From: a bacterium
GTDB lineage: Bacteria > Bdellovibrionota_C > UBA2361 > CALJRW01
Direction: 5' to 3'
Length of the DNA stretch: 35,197 nt
NCBI GenBank assembly: GCA_031385045.1
Contig: JANNBC010000042.1
Span: 1-35,197, forward strand
This document shows, one piece after another, positions 9,903 to 18,065 of the stretch (position 1 is the stretch's first letter; every line of letters starts with the position of its first letter). A program made the translations under genes and the position numbers. The notes beneath the pieces are model-generated. The model was not told where the DNA came from. It saw nothing but the letters and a program-made list of their open reading frames with translations, and searched no databases.

Positions 9903-10213
9903 TAACCCGCATAATTCATCAGTGATTAGAAAGAAATAAAATTTCTTTATAATCCCGATGACTTACGAGGGATTTAGAAATTTTTTAAAATTATAGTGTG
10001 TCATCGGGGGAGCACTACTGCGAAAAAGAATTTTGGCTCCATTTTGAACGAAAAAATGCTCCTGTCTTCGCCAAAGGCTACGGCAAGGCAGGCGTGAGAC
10101 CTCCGTCTCACTGTGCTTTTTTAGTCCAAACTGAACCAAACTCTTGTCCCGTCGTAGCTTTAGCGAAGAAGGATCTTCTCCTCGCTACGTGCACTGATGA
10201 ATAATGCGGGTTA
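9903..10213. mobile_element. MITE-like non-autonomous element with 22-bp terminal inverted repeats and nested hairpins
   Basis: TAACCCGCATAATTCATCAGTG (9903-9924) vs CACTGATGAATAATGCGGGTTA (10192-10213), 1 mismatch; no transposase ORF; partial second copy at 13212-13346. Confidence 0.75.
10061..10173. repeat. Two inverted REP-like palindromes inside the MITE
   Basis: CTTCGCCAAAGGCTACGGC within hairpin 10061-10092 (+) and CTTCGCTAAAGCTACGAC within 10147-10173 (-); GC-rich against the AT-rich background. Confidence 0.7.
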
Positions 10214-10226
10214 GTAATCGAAAATA

Positions 10227-11237
10227 ATGGATTTAACAATTTATCTTAAAAAATTTGGTTCTCGAATTGAGATTTTCGAGGATCTTACCTGTCTATCTCA
10301 GGTTGAAGAGAATGACTTAATTTGGGTTGATGTGGAGACTGATCAGCCTGAGGATTTAGAAGAACTGGCTAATTTTTTCCATTTGCATGAATTAGCCGTG
10401 GAAGACTGTTTTACCATCGGACACTTTCCAAAGTTAGAAGAATATAACAATTGTCTGTTTTTGATGATTCGGGGACTTAAAAACACAGCGGAAATTGAAG
10501 AGATTCGAAATAGTGAAGAGCTAGATGAAGAGTATAACTCAGAAAAGCTAACTCGTGGAATTGGAATTTTCCTAGGGAAAAATTTTATTATTACTCATCG
10601 GCTTTATGAAGTTTCTTGGTTAGATGCTTTTTTACGTCAATTTAAAAATAGCCCAGAAATTTACGAAAACTTTAATCCTCAAGATTTAGCCTTAAGAATT
10701 TGCAACACATTATCCTCCCGTTTCTTAAGAGGTGTGAACTATTTTGAAGATGAAATTGATTTGATTGAGGATGATATTATTCAGCGCCCAGAGAAGTTTG
10801 ATATGCTTAATCTTTTAGATATTAAGCGTGACTTAAACATTTTAATTTCAATTGCTCGCGATCAAAAAACAATCTTTTCTCGACTTTCTCAAGAGCCGAA
10901 TTTAGTTAGTAGTCGGCAGATTCGACGTTACTACAAAAACATTGAAGATCGGATGAGTACTACGATGCAATCACTTCAAAGACTAATTGATAACTTAGGA
11001 AGTGTACGCGATGTTTATTTAGCCGTATCCAACGTTCGTTTAAATGAAATCATGCGGGTGTTAGCTGTGATTACAACTTTAACAGCTCCGCTAAATGTAA
11101 TAGCTGGTATCTATGGAATGAATTTCACTCGAATCCCTTTTACTGATTATCATTACGGATTTTTCTTTATTGTGATGATGATGGTTCTTACTACCCTCTT
11201 GCTAGTAGCCTACTTCAGAAAAAAGAGATGGGTGTAA
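10227..11237 (+). CDS. corA: CorA-family Mg2+/Co2+ transporter
   Basis: WVDV, FHLHELAVEDC, PKLEEY, LNEIMRVL, signature YGMNF, two C-terminal TM helices. Confidence 0.95.
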   Translation: MDLTIYLKKFGSRIEIFEDLTCLSQVEENDLIWVDVETDQPEDLEELANFFHLHELAVEDCFTIGHFPKLEEYNNCLFLMIRGLKNTAEIEEIRNSEELDEEYNSEKLTRGIGIFLGKNFIITHRLYEVSWLDAFLRQFKNSPEIYENFNPQDLALRICNTLSSRFLRGVNYFEDEIDLIEDDIIQRPEKFDMLNLLDIKRDLNILISIARDQKTIFSRLSQEPNLVSSRQIRRYYKNIEDRMSTTMQSLQRLIDNLGSVRDVYLAVSNVRLNEIMRVLAVITTLTAPLNVIAGIYGMNFTRIPFTDYHYGFFFIVMMMVLTTLLLVAYFRKKRWV

Positions 11238-11249
11238 GATTTTCAAAAA

Positions 11250-11475
11250 TTATTCGCAAAGCGAATAAAAAACTAAAATCTTATCCGCCAAAGCTCCAAT
11301 ATATCTGTTCATACCTTGAACATCCACTAGCGACGGTGGATTCTAAAATAACTTCAGGGTCTATTGTCATACTTATTCGCAAAGCGAATAAAAAACTAAA
11401 ATTTTATCCACCAAAGCCCCAAGATATCGGTTAATACCTTCAACATCCACTAGCGACGGCAGATTCTTAAACAAC
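11250..11475. repeat. Tandem direct repeat, two ~103-bp copies with 123-bp period
   Basis: 11250-11352 and 11373-11475 both begin TTATTCGCAAAGCGAATAAAAAACTAAAAT and contain CATCCACTAGCGACGG. Confidence 0.9.
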
Positions 11476-11494
11476 GACTAAGTTTAAGCATCAC

Positions 11495-13201
11495 CTAAGT
11501 CCACTCCTCAACCTCATCTTTCGCCACCTCACTCACTGGTTCCTTACTAAACACCCGAAATAACTCATCCCGTAATTCTTGAAAATTAGATCTTTCCAAG
11601 GCTGAAACACAAATTGCTGACCAGTCTTGAATTAAGTCCTTAAGTTCTGAAGGAGACGTTAAATCAATCTTATTAAGAATATTAACTTTAGGTATTTCAC
11701 CAAATCCAGCATCGGCAATTTGTTGTTCAACAGCTTGATGTCTCTCTTGGATTTCTGGGTCACTAGCATCATGAACATGAAGAATTAAATCAGCATTGCC
11801 AATCTCTTCTAAGGTTGCTCGGAAGGCTTTCTTTAATTCCTGAGGTAATTCCCGAATAAATCCTACTGTATCGATGAGAACTAGATTTAGACCATAATTA
11901 CCTTGTTGGTAGGCATCTGAATCCTCCGGAGTTTCTAAAAAAATCCTTCTTTGAGTTGGATCTAGCGTCGCAAATAGTTTGTTTTCAACTAAGGCTTCTG
12001 CTTTCGACAAAGCATTAAACAGAGAAGATTTACCAACATTGGTATAACCAACTAAGGCGACTAGTGGAATTGGCTTACCAGCTCTTTTTTTGCGACGTAG
12101 CTCACGTTGATTACTTAATTTATCAATCTGGTTTTCCAGCAATCTAATTCGATCTCGATAATAACGTCGACTTACTTCCAGTTTTGTCTCCCCTGGCCCT
12201 CGTCCGCCAATTCCTCCAGTTAAACGAGAGAGTCCACTATCTAGGTCAATCAGCTTAGGTAGATTATATTTTAGCTGTGCTAGCTCCACTTGGAGCTTAC
12301 CATCGCTACTTTTAGCGCGAAGAGCAAAGATATCTAGAATTAACATACTTCGATCGATGACTTTCAGATCCGTTGAGGTATTAATACTACGCCACTGAGC
12401 AGGAGTTAATTCTCGATCGAAAATTAGCAGGTTGGCATCAAGGCGCAGGGCTTCTAAGGTGATTTCTGTTAATTTCCCCTTTCCCACTAAAGTTTTTGGA
12501 TCTAATTTTCTCTGTTGTAGGTATTCCCCAACAATTTCTACCCCTGCTGTCCTTGCTAACTCGCGCATCTCTAGCATCCGACTTTGGATATTTACTCGAC
12601 CTTTCGAATAGACTCCAATAATAAGGGCGCGGTCGGTAAGGTTGCCTTTAGTGTTTAAAGTTGTTGCGCCTAGCTCTTGTTCTAAATCTTGAATCCAATC
12701 TAGGTAGTCAATTTCTAGTTGATGTAGAAAAATATCTTCTTGAGTTTCGTATGTAAGCGATGTCTGCGAGGTTCTAGGAATTAACCAAGCCCAGGAAAGC
12801 TTAATTTGATTGCCGGCTAATTTAACTACAGCAACGCTATCTAAGCGAAGTTTTTCTAAGTCGGTCAAAACATCTTGGGGGATTTTCAAGTCTGGTTTAT
12901 TTGAGAATTCTGTTTGAACAAGCCTTAACTTTCTTAAATTTCCAGAGGCTGTTCGAAGTCGACCAAGATCTGGTAAGTACAAAAGATCATTTTTACCAAC
13001 GATCACACTGACGACTCTAGCATTCCGATCTATTAACAGTCCTAGTTTTCGCTTTAGCTCTTCGGCTTTTAAGGCTAACTCACGGGCTAGGTCTTGGCTA
13101 ATAATCTCTGAGGTCGAAATATTCCGACTAAAAAAACGATCTAATTCTCTAATTTCTTTAGATGATAAACCTGAGAGATGTCCGATTACTTTTTGAGCCA
13201 T
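11495..13201 (-). CDS. hflX: Ribosome-splitting GTPase HflX with long N-terminal extension
   Basis: GKLQVELAQLKY, GGIGGRGPGETKLE, G1 GYTNVGKS, LFATLD, DTVGF, NKID; real start likely ATG 13201 because the ORF-track extension lies in the repeat. Confidence 0.95.
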   Translation of the reverse strand: MAQKVIGHLSGLSSKEIRELDRFFSRNISTSEIISQDLARELALKAEELKRKLGLLIDRNARVVSVIVGKNDLLYLPDLGRLRTASGNLRKLRLVQTEFSNKPDLKIPQDVLTDLEKLRLDSVAVVKLAGNQIKLSWAWLIPRTSQTSLTYETQEDIFLHQLEIDYLDWIQDLEQELGATTLNTKGNLTDRALIIGVYSKGRVNIQSRMLEMRELARTAGVEIVGEYLQQRKLDPKTLVGKGKLTEITLEALRLDANLLIFDRELTPAQWRSINTSTDLKVIDRSMLILDIFALRAKSSDGKLQVELAQLKYNLPKLIDLDSGLSRLTGGIGGRGPGETKLEVSRRYYRDRIRLLENQIDKLSNQRELRRKKRAGKPIPLVALVGYTNVGKSSLFNALSKAEALVENKLFATLDPTQRRIFLETPEDSDAYQQGNYGLNLVLIDTVGFIRELPQELKKAFRATLEEIGNADLILHVHDASDPEIQERHQAVEQQIADAGFGEIPKVNILNKIDLTSPSELKDLIQDWSAICVSALERSNFQELRDELFRVFSKEPVSEVAKDEVEEWT

Positions 13202-13211
13202 ATTGTTACAA

Positions 13212-13346
13212 CAAAAATATTTTCTGTAGTAGTGCTTTCCTGATGACACACTATAATTTTAAAAAAAACTTCCAACTCCCTCTTAAGTCATCGTGATTAA
13301 TAAGAAATTATATTTCCTTTTAATCAACAATGGATTGTGCTGATTA
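13212..13346 (-). repeat. Degenerate truncated copy of the left part of the 9903-10213 element
   Basis: Reverse complement aligns with 9903-~10036 at roughly 80% by hand alignment, including AAAATTATAGTGTGTCATC and AGCACTACT. Confidence 0.9.
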
Positions 13347-14765
13347 GGCTGACTTGGCTGCGGTACGACAAGCATTGATCATGTTAAACGGAATAATCGC
13401 ATTTGATGAGAAATTCAAATATCCGTTTGTATTTAATGAAGAAAGAGTTGTAGATCTACTTAGCAAATGAAAATTTTGCAAATCTTGGAAGATTCCAGTT
13501 TTCTGATCAATTAAGAGGTTAGAGTGATCCTCGGTTTCAATGTTTTTAATATTGTTCTGTAAACAAAAGCCCACGGGAATATCAGGATTTCCAATTAAGC
13601 TATCATTAATTTGCTTAGCTTCTGAAAAATAAAGTTTAGGTTGATTAAAAATAATTCCTGTTGCTAAATCAATTTGATATTGTTCTAAAATTGCTGATTC
13701 GGAGTGAACATCTGCGATTTTTTTTAGAAGCAATGTAAAAGAAGTACCTTCCGAATATAGAATTCCTCCATTGTCGAGAAAGGCTTTAAGGGAAGTATAG
13801 AAGTTGTCTGATTTTAATAAGTCTTTCCAGTAATCCATTAATTGTAACCCTGGTAGGTAGAGGCCAGAAATATTTGCGGGTAACTTGTTATCAACAAGTG
13901 GTGAAAATGAAATTAGTTCTGCGCCAAGGTAGCGAAGTAAAATTAGATTGTTTTGATAGAGTAAGTTGAAAGCCGAGTCCAGAGCTACCCCAATCCTACA
14001 AATACTTTTTTGAGGAGAGGCTTGGAATTTATTTAGGACGATTGCCGGAGCTTGACGGGCGATATTAAAGAGTGAATCAATGTTAAGTTGATGGAAGATT
14101 GTCTTTGTAAAATCTAGTCGTGGTTCCCTTCTTTGAAATTTAAAATCATATTGATTATTAATACCCAATGGTAGTTGGAACTCTTGAGCTAGTTTTACTG
14201 GTGAATTAATCACCAAAAAATCAGGAAAATATTCAGTAATTAATTTTTTATAAGGATTTGACGACTGATTGCTCTCCTCTTGAGAGTCCAGATTAAAAAT
14301 TCCGGCAAGACTGAGTCCATTAGCAAAACTTTTGAACCCCTTAATTTGTGGAATAATTCCATTTCCTAATCCTTCAGAGTTAATACAAAGGATTGTGGGT
14401 GTTCCAGTTCTAATTGCTAATTCTGCTGGACTATTAGCAAAACTAGCAATTCTTGGTCCATCAAAAAAACCTGCCGGCGAGCAGATTAGCTGAATTTGTG
14501 CTCCAAGTGAACTAGTGTAAAGATCCACCAACATTTGATCAAATGATTCTAGTTGAGGTTCTAAGCAGGGAACAAATCGACCTAAGCTTTCTCTAAAAGT
14601 TTGAGCTAAGTTAAAATGTGTTCCATAGATTGCTATCGATACAGCTAAGCCTTGATCCTTCAGGAAGCTAGCTAGGGCAAAGGTCAGTTGCTCCGCAGAA
14701 CAATTGCTACTAACTCCAGAAATAAAAATCCTTGGAACGCTGAGTTGCAAAGTGAAGGATGACAT
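13344..14765 (-). CDS. CobB/CbiA (cobyrinate a,c-diamide synthase)-like protein lacking catalytic motifs
   Basis: PRIFISG, GFFDG, S.AELA...TPTIL, RIGVALDSAF..Y..NL.LL...GAEL..FSPL.D..LP....GLYL; P-loop GKT and glutaminase Cys absent. ATG 14765 or TTG 14768. Confidence 0.8.
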   Translation of the reverse strand: MSSFTLQLSVPRIFISGVSSNCSAEQLTFALASFLKDQGLAVSIAIYGTHFNLAQTFRESLGRFVPCLEPQLESFDQMLVDLYTSSLGAQIQLICSPAGFFDGPRIASFANSPAELAIRTGTPTILCINSEGLGNGIIPQIKGFKSFANGLSLAGIFNLDSQEESNQSSNPYKKLITEYFPDFLVINSPVKLAQEFQLPLGINNQYDFKFQRREPRLDFTKTIFHQLNIDSLFNIARQAPAIVLNKFQASPQKSICRIGVALDSAFNLLYQNNLILLRYLGAELISFSPLVDNKLPANISGLYLPGLQLMDYWKDLLKSDNFYTSLKAFLDNGGILYSEGTSFTLLLKKIADVHSESAILEQYQIDLATGIIFNQPKLYFSEAKQINDSLIGNPDIPVGFCLQNNIKNIETEDHSNLLIDQKTGIFQDLQNFHLLSRSTTLSSLNTNGYLNFSSNAIIPFNMINACRTAAKSA

Positions 14766-14772
14766 CAATCAG

Positions 14773-15942
14773 CTATTTCCTTTTTAAAATTAGGTAGTGA
14801 TCAGCTAGGGAGCGAATACTATCGGAGCGAGATTTTAGAGCATTTTTTAATTGAACTGAGTTTTGTTTGCTATTTAGAAGTTCAACAGGCTGCCAGTAGT
14901 AACCTAAGTCTTTTTCAATCATCTGGGTTAGAGCATCAGATAAGTTAATAATATTAGTGTTTAGGTTGATATCTTTTAAGTGTAAAACCGCAAAGCGTCC
15001 TGGTACTAGTACTCGGGCAAACTCAGTTAGCGTTTCATTCATAAAGCCTAGCCATTGTTCCATGCTATTAGAATTTGCTGGGTTTTTAGAGCAATCTAAA
15101 TCTGAGAACCAATGTTTTAGCCAATGATCCGCTGGGTTAACCGTTTGCACAGGCAAAGGTAGGCTCGTTAGGATCATGTTAACAATCGGTTTTGTCAGAA
15201 AAGATAGATCTCTGGCATCAGTTGCTTTGAATACTGTTAATTCAGAAATCTTATTTAAGATTGATGGAAGTCCATCACTAGTAACATGGGCTGTCTTTTT
15301 TAATAGACGAGGAAGGACCGAACGATATTCGGGTCTTTGACGACGCTCAATATTTAGTTGCTTTTGAATTTCAGGTGATAAGCTAACTTGAGGATTAGTA
15401 AAGGCAGATAGATAACTACTGTTATTCCCGTTTAATAGACTCCAGGTAACAACCTCTAAGAAACGTGCGGTTGGACGATAAGAATTTAAGAGTGCTTTTT
15501 TAAGATTAATTAGTTCTCGTAAAGTTTCTGGATCGTAAAATTCTTCTAATGCTTTTAAGCTTGGATCGAAAGCTACTGGTTTTTTTAGGTTAATTGACTG
15601 TAAGAAAAGTGTAACTTCGGTAATGTCTGCTGGTTGAAGTTTGGCAGCTGTCATGCAAAGAGCCAGTGGATATATATCGCTGCAATATGGAATTCTTCCT
15701 GATAGTGCTATTGCAAGTGGAATGTTGCCTGAGCCGCAAAATGGGTCTAACACGATCTCACCATTACTGGAGTAACGGTCAATAAAATAGTTACTAATTT
15801 CAGCCCGAGAAGGATCTGTAAAATTAATCAGCCCAAACAGAGAGTGAAAGCGCTCATTGCTCCCCTCACCAACCTGAAAATCAATATCTCTCTTCTGAAA
15901 AGAATCAGGCCGAAGTAATTTTAATTTTGCTGGACTAACCAT
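14773..15942 (-). CDS. N4/N6 DNA methyltransferase-like protein with degenerate catalytic motif
   Basis: Motif I VLDPFCGSG, SDIYPL, DARDL, RVLVPG; motif IV position reads TSLPL rather than TSPPY/F. SD GAGGTG. Confidence 0.75.
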   Translation of the reverse strand: MVSPAKLKLLRPDSFQKRDIDFQVGEGSNERFHSLFGLINFTDPSRAEISNYFIDRYSSNGEIVLDPFCGSGNIPLAIALSGRIPYCSDIYPLALCMTAAKLQPADITEVTLFLQSINLKKPVAFDPSLKALEEFYDPETLRELINLKKALLNSYRPTARFLEVVTWSLLNGNNSSYLSAFTNPQVSLSPEIQKQLNIERRQRPEYRSVLPRLLKKTAHVTSDGLPSILNKISELTVFKATDARDLSFLTKPIVNMILTSLPLPVQTVNPADHWLKHWFSDLDCSKNPANSNSMEQWLGFMNETLTEFARVLVPGRFAVLHLKDINLNTNIINLSDALTQMIEKDLGYYWQPVELLNSKQNSVQLKNALKSRSDSIRSLADHYLILKRK

Positions 15943-16220
15943 TGCACCTCAAAAATGATCAAAAACTTAACTATCAAAAATAGCTGTTTTAAGACCCGCA
16001 ATTAGCGTCTTTTAAAACAAATACTTAGAACCTCGATTTGATAGAAATAAAAACCTTAGGAATAATTTGATTGTAACGTTCAAATGAAAAACGGGCTAGA
16101 TATAAAATTTCTTAATTAGGTTAACGGCTTGTAATTATTAGTTAATATTAAATATTTATTATTAGCAGTTTCTAGAACCTTGTTTCAAAGGATTGCCTTG
16201 AGGCAACAAACTTAAGGAGC

Positions 16221-17381
16221 TTATAAGGTATTTAGAAAAGCTTCCAGTCTATCTGCGGCAAGCTTCAATTGGCTTTCGTTTGTAGTTAAGGATATACGAA
16301 AATATCTTTCTAATTTTTCACCAAAAATTTCTCCAGGCTGAAGAGCTAGCTTTTGCTTAAGTAGTAATTCCTGACAAAAAGTGAAACTGTTTTTAGTAAT
16401 TTGAGGGGGGAGCTTACACCATAAGTAGCAACCTGATAATTCTGATTCTACTTGAATAGCTAGCTTTTTAAGTCTATTTCCAAGCAAGTCTGCTCGAGCA
16501 CGATAAGTATCTTTAGTTATCTTGGAGTAATCATGACCAGAGCTAACGGCAAAGGCAACTGCTCTTTGAAATCCTTGGTAACTGCCATAGTCAACTTCAG
16601 TCTGGTTTTGGATTAGTTCTTTAATTAGCCCTGCCTGACCTAGGATGATTGCTAAGCGCCAACCGGCTAAAGAGTGACTTTTAGATAAACTAAAAATTTC
16701 AAATAAGGAATGATTAATTCCAGCAGCTAGTAAGCTTGGGGCATGTTCTTGTTCAAAAGTTAGATCGGCATAGACAAAATCATTAATGATCCAAGTTGCT
16801 AATTCATTTAGTTCCTTAGCCAGAGAAGCGTAGAAATTTGAGCTGACAATCTTTCCTGTCGGATTATTTGGGAAATTAAGAATGAGGATATCAATTTGAT
16901 TTTCTGTAATTAGATCTTTGATGTTTGCGACTAAACTTACTTCGCTTTGATTTAGGTTATAAAAAAAACAATCACTACTTGTTTGCTTGGCAAGTTCTAA
17001 GTGCATTGAGTATGTTGGGGTTGGTAATAAAACCTTTGGTTTTCGATTATTCTTTTTATAAAAAAGATTTAAAATATTAGCTATCGCCGAATTAGTTCCT
17101 CTGGCAATTGTTATCTGATCCTGCCAATTAACCTTAACGTTGTATTTATCCTGATATCTACTAGCTATTGCCTGTCTAATCTCCGGCAGTCCTTGAGCAG
17201 AGGAATAGCGGTGAGCATTGTTTTGTAGACTGAATTCTAAAAGCTTATCAATAATCTGTTTTTCTGGTTGGAGATCAGGGTTGACGATGGAAAGATCGAT
17301 ATAATTATTCGCACTAGTAAAAACAGAAAGTTTTAACTGATGAAATTCTTTTTTTAGGTGCAGGCAATTTTCGAAATTCAT
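16221..17381 (-). CDS. PLP-dependent aminotransferase class I/II
   Basis: G.PE.RQAIA, NFPNNPTG, DFVYAD, SLSKSHSLAGWR (PLP lysine), PGEIFG..YFRIS. Confidence 0.93.
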   Translation of the reverse strand: MNFENCLHLKKEFHQLKLSVFTSANNYIDLSIVNPDLQPEKQIIDKLLEFSLQNNAHRYSSAQGLPEIRQAIASRYQDKYNVKVNWQDQITIARGTNSAIANILNLFYKKNNRKPKVLLPTPTYSMHLELAKQTSSDCFFYNLNQSEVSLVANIKDLITENQIDILILNFPNNPTGKIVSSNFYASLAKELNELATWIINDFVYADLTFEQEHAPSLLAAGINHSLFEIFSLSKSHSLAGWRLAIILGQAGLIKELIQNQTEVDYGSYQGFQRAVAFAVSSGHDYSKITKDTYRARADLLGNRLKKLAIQVESELSGCYLWCKLPPQITKNSFTFCQELLLKQKLALQPGEIFGEKLERYFRISLTTNESQLKLAADRLEAFLNTL

Positions 17382-17456
17382 TGATTGCTTATGGACAAAT
17401 ATTGTTCCTCTTTAGTTTTCTTGTTGATGGAAAATACCCAAGAATAATCAGCTAGA

Positions 17457-18047
17457 TTATAAATTGAGTAGGTTGAAGAAATAAAGTCCAGTGCTAAAGT
17501 TACCCTCAATAGAAATCTTATTATTCAGTAAGGCTATCTGAGGGTTAAGTTGAGAGTTTAGGATTTTCTCCAGAACTTCAGCTGAGATATTCATTTGGGT
17601 TTCAGCTTTTTTGTTTTCTTTAGTAACGATTAGTTCGTTAGGCATGAAGGAGCAGTGATAGTATTTACGATCGACATTAATTAAAAGGTCTCGTTTGAAG
17701 ATTGGATCTAGTTGTGGAGATTTCTTCAGGTACATTTTCGGTAGATCTTTTAAAAAGATTTTATCACAAACGTCATCTTTACCCTTTAAATTAATTTCTG
17801 GTGCCAGTGGAGCTTTCGGTGTTTCAGGATTTTCTTCGGCAGCATTCCACTCGGAAATCTCTTCCCTAATATGATTTAGCTCAGTATCCTCGTCTTCTTC
17901 TAGCTCTTGAGCAGAGAGAACTAGTTCCGCTAAATCGGCAGTCGGTGCTTGGGCTAGTTCCGTAATCAATTCTTGTGGTTGTTCTGATTCAATATTAACT
18001 GTATTTTCGTTGTTACCTGAAATCGGGTCTTGTGGTTCTGTAGCCAT
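17457..18047 (-). CDS. SCP2 sterol/lipid-binding domain protein with acidic N-terminal extension
   Basis: C-terminal ISAEVLEKILNSQLNPQIALLNNKISIEGN fits the SCP2 pattern (LNP..A...K..IEG); N-terminal ~80 aa Glu/Pro rich. Confidence 0.65.
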   Translation of the reverse strand: MATEPQDPISGNNENTVNIESEQPQELITELAQAPTADLAELVLSAQELEEDEDTELNHIREEISEWNAAEENPETPKAPLAPEINLKGKDDVCDKIFLKDLPKMYLKKSPQLDPIFKRDLLINVDRKYYHCSFMPNELIVTKENKKAETQMNISAEVLEKILNSQLNPQIALLNNKISIEGNFSTGLYFFNLLNL

Positions 18048-18065
18048 TTTTGTTACTTAAATTAT

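Noticed and set aside
9998..10204. 68-aa ORF MSSGEHYCEKEF, and the similar MSSGKHYYRKYF extension on hflX
   Set aside because: Both arise from the same repeat element; no SD or protein family signature.
10194..10224. CTGATGA...GAAA resembling a hammerhead ribozyme core
   Set aside because: No convincing stem II or stems I/III; CTGATGA is simply part of the terminal inverted repeat.
11250..11475. Possible CRISPR array
   Set aside because: Only two units, similarity spans ~103 bp with no unique spacers, and no cas genes.
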